Below, piece by piece: positions 60,301 to 64,000 of a stretch of 64,000 nt of DNA (positions are counted from its first letter, which is position 1; every line of letters begins with the position of its first letter). The notes under the pieces are model-generated. The model searched no databases. It was given only the letters and a program-made list of their open reading frames with translations, and was not told where the DNA came from. Source of the DNA: Rubripirellula sp. (lineage in GTDB: Bacteria > Planctomycetota > Planctomycetia > Pirellulales > Pirellulaceae); contig OZ244207.1 in NCBI GenBank assembly GCA_965216875.1, positions 4,128,001-4,192,000 of the forward strand. Direction: 5' to 3'. A program made the translations under genes and the position numbers.

Positions 60301-63118
60301 CTTCGCCGCGACCATATCCGTTGGCACTCGCATCAAAGGTCTTACACAAACCATCGGGCGAGAGCATTTCGCCATCGGTCAGCGTTTCCGAAACTTCGGG
60401 GCTCAGGATTAAGTTGACGCCGGCCACAACGGCCGACTCGCAATCGCCGGACTGAATGGCACGAACGGCTTGATGCAGCGCAACCAACGACGAGGAACAA
60501 GCGGTGTCGATCGACAAACTTGGCCCGCGCAGATCGAAGTGATACGAAAGACGGTGCGCCGCCATGCTTGCCGCGTTGCCGGTCATCGAATAGGTCGTGT
60601 GCCGAGCACCCGAGGCGAGGATCAGCCGCTCGTAGTCGCGATTGGCAATGCCAACGAACACTCCCATGTTGCGGCCACCAACCGAGTTGGGGTCGAGCGT
60701 CGCATCCTCCAGCGATCGCCAACAAGTTTCCAACAGCAATCGATGCTGTGGGTCCATTTGTTTGGCTTCACGAGGCGAGATCGAAAAGAGCGCTGCGTCA
60801 AACGTTGAGACGTCTTCCATCCAACCGGCACGTTGGATGTTGGATTGGCCATTGATCGCCTCGCGACGAGCCGCGGGAGGATCCGCAATGACGTTGCGCC
60901 CTTGCACAAGCAGCTGCCAAAAGTCGTCGAGCGATTCGCATCGGGGCAAGCGACACGCCGCGCCAACAATTGCGATGGCTCCGCTTCGTCGCTGTGCATC
61001 CGCGTTAGACGCCCCAACCACTTCAGGCTGACGTTCGCCATGATCGATTTGTTGATCGCTTGCTTCGGCACTGAGCATCTGCGCGACGGCCGTGATCGTT
61101 GGCGCTTCGTACATCAACGTCGCAGGTATGGGACGCCCGAGATGACTCTCAAGTTCAGCGACCATCTGCACGGCACTGACCGAATCGATTCCGTAACCGG
61201 TGAACGGGCGCGTGACATCGATCTCGTCAGTCGAAAGCCCAAGATGTTTGGCGATCCGCTCGACCAACCACGCTGAGACGTCGGCGGCGGCGACCTTGCG
61301 GGGAGCGTCCAGAGCCGGCCCAAAAGTCAGCGCGTCCTCTTCCTTCTCAGCAGGCCCACGGGATGCAACGCCGTCAAAGGTTTTCGCGAGGTACAAATCG
61401 CGTGTTGCGAGTCGTTTGACCTTTCCGCTTGATGTCTTGGGAAGGGCTCGTTTCGCAATGAGTACCACCCGGTAGGGCTGAACGTCAAACGCCTCGACGA
61501 CTCTCTCGCGGATCGCCGTGATGATTTGCTCGCGTTCCTTCTGGGAACACCGTTCGATCTCCTGCACGATCACTAACTGCGAAGCGTCTTCAACTTCGAT
61601 CTCGAACGCGACGGAAGCGTTGGGGACAAGTTTCGGATGCACGTCGGCGAAACTGGCTTCCACGTCCGACGGCTGAAGGTTGCGCCCGCGAACAATGATC
61701 AATTCTTTCAATCGCCCCGTCACATACAGCTGACCATCGCGCAGGTAGCCGAGGTCGCCCGTTCGCAAGAAACGCTCCCTGCGTCCTTGGATCTCGACTG
61801 CAAAGGTTTCTTCTGAATCGGCTCGTTGCCAGTAACCTTGGCTCACGTGCGCGCCGCTAACGCAAACTTCCCCGACTTCGCCATCAGGTAGCTCACGAAG
61901 CGTTTCGGGATCGGCGCAGACCACCACCTGGTCGCCCGCAGGAGCGCCGCAACTGACCACTTCACCCGTCGCCACAACTCCCGAGGGTGCCGTCGAGTCG
62001 GTGCGATGTTCCCCGCGCGGTCCGCCGGTCACCAACAACGTTGCTTCAGCAAGTCCGTAGCAGGGAAAGAACGCTGAGGACTGAAAACCTATCGACGAAA
62101 ACCGATCCGCAAACCGCTGCAACGAATTCTCACGAACCGGTTCGGCGCCCGTGAACGCAAGCGTCCAATGACTCAGATCCAAACCTTCAAGGTCGGCATC
62201 CCGGATTCGATCCACACAGGTATCGAATGCAAAGTTAGGACCACCACTAACGCTCGCCTTGTACTTGCTGATCGCTTGCAACCAGCGAACCGGCTTCTGA
62301 ATGAAGGATGCAGGCGGCATCACGTGTGTACAGCGTCCCGCGTACAGCACTTGCAACAAGCCACCAATCAATCCCATGTCATGATAAGGTGGCAACCAAG
62401 TCACACTCCAATGATCACGATAGCGTTCGATTTCAAACGCCTCGTAGATCATTTGCAAGTTGGCAAGAAGATTGCCATGCGATAGACAAACGCCCTTGGG
62501 ATCGCTGGTGGAACCGGACGTGTACTGCAACACCGCCAACGAGTCGGGTGACAGGTTGGGTGGCGTCCAATTGGCGGTGTTGCCCGCAAGCGTGTTGCTG
62601 CCTCTCGCCTGGTCAACGGTCGGTGCGTTGGCGAGATCGTCAACGTTGAACCACTTCAATCGGCCAAGCTGTGGTGATGTCTTCAGTATCTGATCGCGAC
62701 GCTCAAAGATCGATTGATCGACCAGAGCCACCGTCGCCCCGGAGTCGCTGACGATGTGATCAAGGCGTTCGTCAGCGCGGCGTGGACGAGGCGGGTAGGC
62801 GGTCACCACTGTCATACCGCTGTAGAGCGTGCCGAACAGCGCTCGCAGGTAGGCTTCGCCAGGCGGGCATAGAATGACGGCGCGCGGCAGCAGGTCGTCG
62901 TCGAGATTCAGCGGATTCGTTCGCAGCTGTTTCGAGATGTTGACCGCCGCGCGATCAAGGTCGCCATACCGCAACCATTTGTCTTCGACCCCATCGCCCT
63001 GAAAGAACGTGTATCCTTTTTCGGCGCAGGACCCTCGGCCGCGATCGATCAGCAGATCGACCACCGTCGAAACGGCGGCAATCGATGGGGGGGGACGGTC
63101 GTTCACAGACTTCGACAT
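51356..63118 (-). CDS. Hybrid FAAL-PKS-NRPS megasynthase: FAAL-ACP-KS-AT-MT-ACP-C-A-PCP-KASIII-KASIII'
   Basis: FAAL: YTSGSTSDPKG, WLPPYHDMGL, PCYGLAEAT. ACP: GIDS. KS: DTACSSS, HGTGT, GHLE. AT: GHSMG, QAFH. MT: LEIGGGTGG. ACP: GIDSL. C: HHIAAD. A: YTSGSTGKPKG, YGPTE. PCP: GGASL. KAS-III: EPSTA, NAC, HQ, GN. A second, Cys-less thiolase-fold domain follows. Confidence 0.92.
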   Translation of the reverse strand: MSKSVNDRPPPSIAAVSTVVDLLIDRGRGSCAEKGYTFFQGDGVEDKWLRYGDLDRAAVNISKQLRTNPLNLDDDLLPRAVILCPPGEAYLRALFGTLYSGMTVVTAYPPRPRRADERLDHIVSDSGATVALVDQSIFERRDQILKTSPQLGRLKWFNVDDLANAPTVDQARGSNTLAGNTANWTPPNLSPDSLAVLQYTSGSTSDPKGVCLSHGNLLANLQMIYEAFEIERYRDHWSVTWLPPYHDMGLIGGLLQVLYAGRCTHVMPPASFIQKPVRWLQAISKYKASVSGGPNFAFDTCVDRIRDADLEGLDLSHWTLAFTGAEPVRENSLQRFADRFSSIGFQSSAFFPCYGLAEATLLVTGGPRGEHRTDSTAPSGVVATGEVVSCGAPAGDQVVVCADPETLRELPDGEVGEVCVSGAHVSQGYWQRADSEETFAVEIQGRRERFLRTGDLGYLRDGQLYVTGRLKELIIVRGRNLQPSDVEASFADVHPKLVPNASVAFEIEVEDASQLVIVQEIERCSQKEREQIITAIRERVVEAFDVQPYRVVLIAKRALPKTSSGKVKRLATRDLYLAKTFDGVASRGPAEKEEDALTFGPALDAPRKVAAADVSAWLVERIAKHLGLSTDEIDVTRPFTGYGIDSVSAVQMVAELESHLGRPIPATLMYEAPTITAVAQMLSAEASDQQIDHGERQPEVVGASNADAQRRSGAIAIVGAACRLPRCESLDDFWQLLVQGRNVIADPPAARREAINGQSNIQRAGWMEDVSTFDAALFSISPREAKQMDPQHRLLLETCWRSLEDATLDPNSVGGRNMGVFVGIANRDYERLILASGARHTTYSMTGNAASMAAHRLSYHFDLRGPSLSIDTACSSSLVALHQAVRAIQSGDCESAVVAGVNLILSPEVSETLTDGEMLSPDGLCKTFDASANGYGRGEGCIAVVLKPLEAARRDGDLIRAVIEGTAINQDGLTNGITAPSGDAQQQLYRNALADAALEPSAVSRIEAHGTGTILGDPIEFRSLNQVYGRRGQQANDCFLGAVKANLGHLESAAGLASLLKVVLELEHGEVVSQPNLAVLNPHIDLDESRLSISTTNARWDDSTRRRAAVSSFGFGGTNAHVIVGQGERPKRAPKASPTGTLPSLITLSSGHVEGLADLARQHGDVLRQSAGELDVIAQATQYQRSSLRHRVAVVGSSKETVAERLTQFAEGKASEHVCAATALSDRAVSIAMLFTGQGGQHVGMGQMLYRHLPTFRKWIDCCDELLRDEFDHSITDLIASSPETNGAVAELLNGPAAQTSLFSLQLALAKTFEQFGAGATTVLGHSMGEFAAAAISGVMTWEDALRLTAVRARHVSLLSQAGAMTVVFDSAESVQHRINELGQDLSIAAIDAPEHIVVSGASSGIAMLQDTLAAAGTTTRPLRINQAFHSSLMDPVLEPIKGVIESAKLSLPEKTYISSLTGQQVTSEVCSPNYWTRHSREPVQYVRALESLAKSKCDVAIEIGPHPTLCTLGQLNSNIPIDYLQTLVRGQDDLRCVLTAVGELFCRGVELDWDEVNGSRDRSEPSNFRLPGYPFQPRSYWLDDAKNDAAPSIDTDTIASSVTDRQRDRDCHGLAEELESYAAAKPEVDQLVARYMYKAFETLGLADRDGQVVDLANEVAVGRIAAKHLRLAERICEILADQRWLEPIEHQSTRSWRVVGHQRIEASQLCGAVAPLRQKHPSVTRELKLVARCGSKLASVLAGQTDPLEVLFPGGDASDLESLYRASPVAQVCNQTVADAVVAAIDTQLAHDPSRPIRVLEIGGGTGGTTSFVWPAIKDKVESYVFTDVSPLLVAEASGRFESSQEASGSLEFQVLDIESTIESQGFEEDAFDIVIAANVFHATSDLKRTLSNANRLLRSGGLLVALEGVRPEPMLDLIFGLTEGWWRFEDSELRPNYPLIDSKAWLQLLNGCGYRDPAILAPDASLARVQQGQAVLVATGVGDDSRPQKATSSQSASRSLGNRSAQRAGKTRVDLSKWVEAFQQSSNVDGRRAALEDYFRHAVAAVLEHDPAEIDIDQPVSNLGIDSLMAIQLKNRLSSELELSVPMVAFLEGKSLTQLMSIALDSQEVDPRSIVPRGDRQEVSVADRVASDLATDPSSQRQPQTTDIATRRSPSTGERVLGPMSVGQTALWLIHQRAPEGPAYNFAFAAQTSRTIDRDAMTKACRSLVKRHPVLRTRYRLDGDAAVRVLSDSIDVEIAEKDCQDWKRSRMVDWIRDQADAPFDLQDGPVIRFTLLRCRKGDVLSIAMHHIAADLWSMDVLIQELLDLYAMIVGGGTIDLGTLPTTYDAYVDWERGLDTSEEGEQLWRFWQRKLEGAPHVLELPTTYQRPAEQTFNGKSLEWTVPTEVVESLRDVAVEERTTLFTIVLAAYQTFLSRICGQDDLLVGTVSASRGRSEWEGIVGYFLNQLVLRTRINGSPTFRDVLRDSQREVLDALQHQALPFAKLVEKVRPLRDTSRSPLIQTMFIWDKPRHLKESHFAPGKSSDRLRLKPLLMEQRGAPFDLTLIVFELEDELKLTFRYNTDLFSDEAIESLSQSFNTLIDAIAINPDVPIRTAPLLSLEQQECITRWNDTHVDFDPDHAGDALLRQWAKQTPDAIALESESAAISYRQLDQRVDSVAARLLSAGTRKGDIVGLLAGRGVESIIGIMAAWRAGAAYVPLDPAHPRSRLQAIFADASPDVVLTDQDQNKIDELALGGYRVVVSIGGDEARFGNSERVALPKVTHDDLAYLIYTSGSTGKPKGTVLTHRGIANMAVAQRKTFGIQASDKCLQFSSLHFDASVFEIILALHAGATLYVIDPGVVRSSTGEITDQLRRSNVNVATLPPSVLSALSSDDLPALHTVISAGEACSAQLVDKWIERAGNPRRMFNAYGPTETTVWASTHQCSGDGTEPSLGQPVSNVRIEIVDGHLEPMPIGVPGELCISGPGLALEYFGRPELTADVFVPNPFSDAFDASMYRSGDRARWTTTGEVEFLGRIDDQVKVDGNRIEPGEIAAVMRAGKSIKDAHVLYHSGIGLVGYYLADRPRSSDADDASFQADLRKHVASHLPCYMVPKAFVGVDAFPLTVSGKLDATRLPDPSDAVEATEAVPPSTPTEKVIAAIWCKVLNVPSVGIHDNFFELGGASLQALQAAELAMREGFSVSAERMFQFQTVAELAAAIDADGPAAETQAAAEPDVLGQPIGQQTIDSVAQEPSRSTSLKMTVESLGTYLPPATETTDEVIEGCQKKLEFPLERMTGIQSRHVAGETEFAIDLAFKAAISCLENSRFEAGEIDSLIACNISRYDGPDFEVSYEPSTASKLKQRLGATSALAFDVCNACAGFFTALSIAEDQLRSGQAARVMIVSGEYITHLTKTAQKEIEGFLDPRLACLTLGDAGAAVIVELTDSGYGFESLDLYTDGRHHDLCVAKVTDRPHGGAIMYTDAVKASAVTLDLSVNHAHRSLVQRKWRPDEIQHVIMHQTSTTTLDGAIEELNRHFDATVCDHKNTVNNLTHRGNTASTTHWVAVMDMILGGRIQKEDRAVFAISGSGQTIGTALYTFDSLPERIADGTKSSSVAPITLPNQLFGTRIVATSWVKETQEPNLNGSIESAVEMSVVRTSLAAASKSLASVDWQASDVDMLIHAGVYRDEFLSEPAVAAIVSGELGMAEVAEGDSRGLAYDLTDSSRGPLVACSLVAGSLRTGAGKRALITASETENNDRSFAQYGLVIGGSAIAIERTDNASEGFGEFFFKSYPEHAGKLVTRTRLVQRVARLEIERSDDLEETVVACLIDAVDDFLGREGTSIAQFNRVLVTTPTRIAPIVVAQALGIDVDAVVAADSQGSDAFTSTIAIALGKTLKTTKSETWLLVSVGAGIEVGCVAYGHLHDPKALPKSARGES

Positions 63119-63216
63119 CGTCCCATTTTGGGGGACGCAATTTTCGGGCAAGAACCAGTTGAACCGACAAGAATAATTCAATTCTTGAGGCTTTTCCAAA
63201 GAAGGTAAATCGCCGC

Positions 63217-64000
63217 ATGCCGCCGACACCAAAGCCACGCTTCGCAGTCACCGGTGCAGCGGGGTTTATTGGCCGTCAACTCGTCCAATCCCTCGTCGCC
63301 GACAACCACGAAGTGACCGCTATCGTGCGCTCAGAGAAACCGTCAAGCAAGGCTTGGGGGGAACAAGTGCGCGTTGTCGAAGCCGACGTTGAAAACCCCG
63401 GTTCGCTGCGAGGTCTTTTCGACGACGCCGAGGTGGTCGTACACCTTGCCGGCCGTACGCTGGCAAAAAACCGCAAACAATTTGACCGGGTGAACGTCGA
63501 GGGCACGCGGAACGTCGCTGAAAGTTGTGCTCGATCCGATTCGCCTCCGCGACTTGTGTTGGTTTCTTCCCTCGCCGCAGGCGGCCCCAAAAAACTCACC
63601 GCAGGCGGTCCCAAAGAGCTCGCCCCGGCAGGTCGGAAGGCTGCGTCGGGCGGTCGGAAGGCTGCGTCGGGCGGTCGGAAGGCTGCGCTGGGCGGTCGGA
63701 AGGCTGCGCCGGGCGGTCGGAAGGCTACGCCGGGCGAACCCGTCTCACACTACGGCAGCAGCAAACGATTGGCCGAGGAGACGCTCGAACGATTCTCCGG
63801 GAAACTACCGATGCGAATCCTGAGACCGCCGACCGTTTTCGGAGAAAACGATCCCTACATGTTGGGCTTGTACAAAACGGCCAAACGCGGCTTTGTCGTT
63901 TTACCCGGCCGCCATGACTTTCGCTATTCGTTGATTCACGTCGACGATTTGGCCGACGCAATCATTCACCTGTCGAACTTCGAGGGTGCCGCCACAAAAG
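63217..64000 (+). CDS. Extended SDR (NAD-dependent epimerase/3-beta-HSD, OleD/LstD-like), runs off the window edge
   Basis: Absent from the ORF track. Manual translation from ATG 63217 gives VTGAAGFIG, VVHLAG, NVEGT, VSS, YGSSK, RPPTVFG and IHVDDLA; open to the end of the window. Confidence 0.88.
   Translation, partial: MPPTPKPRFAVTGAAGFIGRQLVQSLVADNHEVTAIVRSEKPSSKAWGEQVRVVEADVENPGSLRGLFDDAEVVVHLAGRTLAKNRKQFDRVNVEGTRNVAESCARSDSPPRLVLVSSLAAGGPKKLTAGGPKELAPAGRKAASGGRKAASGGRKAALGGRKAAPGGRKATPGEPVSHYGSSKRLAEETLERFSGKLPMRILRPPTVFGENDPYMLGLYKTAKRGFVVLPGRHDFRYSLIHVDDLADAIIHLSNFEGAATK
63571..63735 (+). repeat. In-frame coding tandem repeats (2 x 24 bp and 5 x 21 bp)
   Basis: CTC.CCGCAGGCGG.CCCAAA.A. 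twice (63571-63618); GGTCGGAAGGCT.CG..GGGC five times (63631-63735). Confidence 0.92.

Noticed and set aside
51356..63118. Assignment to stieleriacine (N-acyl tyrosine) biosynthesis
   Set aside because: An aromatic A-domain code in a planctomycete is suggestive, but the PKS extension, MT and KAS-III didomain are not needed for a simple N-acyl amino acid and nothing in the sequence establishes the link.
63119..63238. Upstream TTG start of the megasynthase
   Set aside because: It would overlap the divergent SDR start at 63217; ATG 63118 precedes the FAAL domain directly.
63631..63735. 21-bp repeats as a CRISPR array or iterons
   Set aside because: Head-to-tail with no spacers and in frame inside an SDR gene.

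Overview
Bacterial chromosomal DNA whose gene content points to a planctomycete, probably Pirellulaceae (inference). Supporting features are Cys-type sulfatases, ECF sigma factors paired with Hanks-type kinases, GTAG-type REP clusters and Cys-rich-leader beta-barrels. I found no rRNA, tRNA, CRISPR array or transposase. The left two thirds hold signalling and housekeeping genes: two Ser/Thr kinases, a PP2C phosphatase, a MoxR-vWA (Bat-like) operon, three ECF sigma factors, a PAS histidine kinase with a receiver, an HDAC-family enzyme, FKBP, thiL, ALDH and a stand-alone CaMKII hub-domain homologue. Two loci stand out. (1) 43286-47463 is a Fap-like secretion locus: a small Sec-exported precursor with an IRG leader motif and a 60-aa Gly/Ser/Ala/aromatic core, carrying its own sigma70-like promoter and terminator, followed by a beta-barrel, a FapF-like outer-membrane channel and a periplasmic FapD-like C39 peptidase. 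(2) 50136-64000 is a biosynthetic cluster built on a ~3920-aa FAAL-ACP-KS-AT-MT-ACP-C-A-PCP megasynthase that ends in a fused OleA/LstAB-like KAS-III didomain instead of a thioesterase. It is flanked by an MbtH-like/luciferase-like monooxygenase fusion and a divergent extended SDR with a coding VNTR. All family calls come from motifs recognised by eye; no database searches were run.
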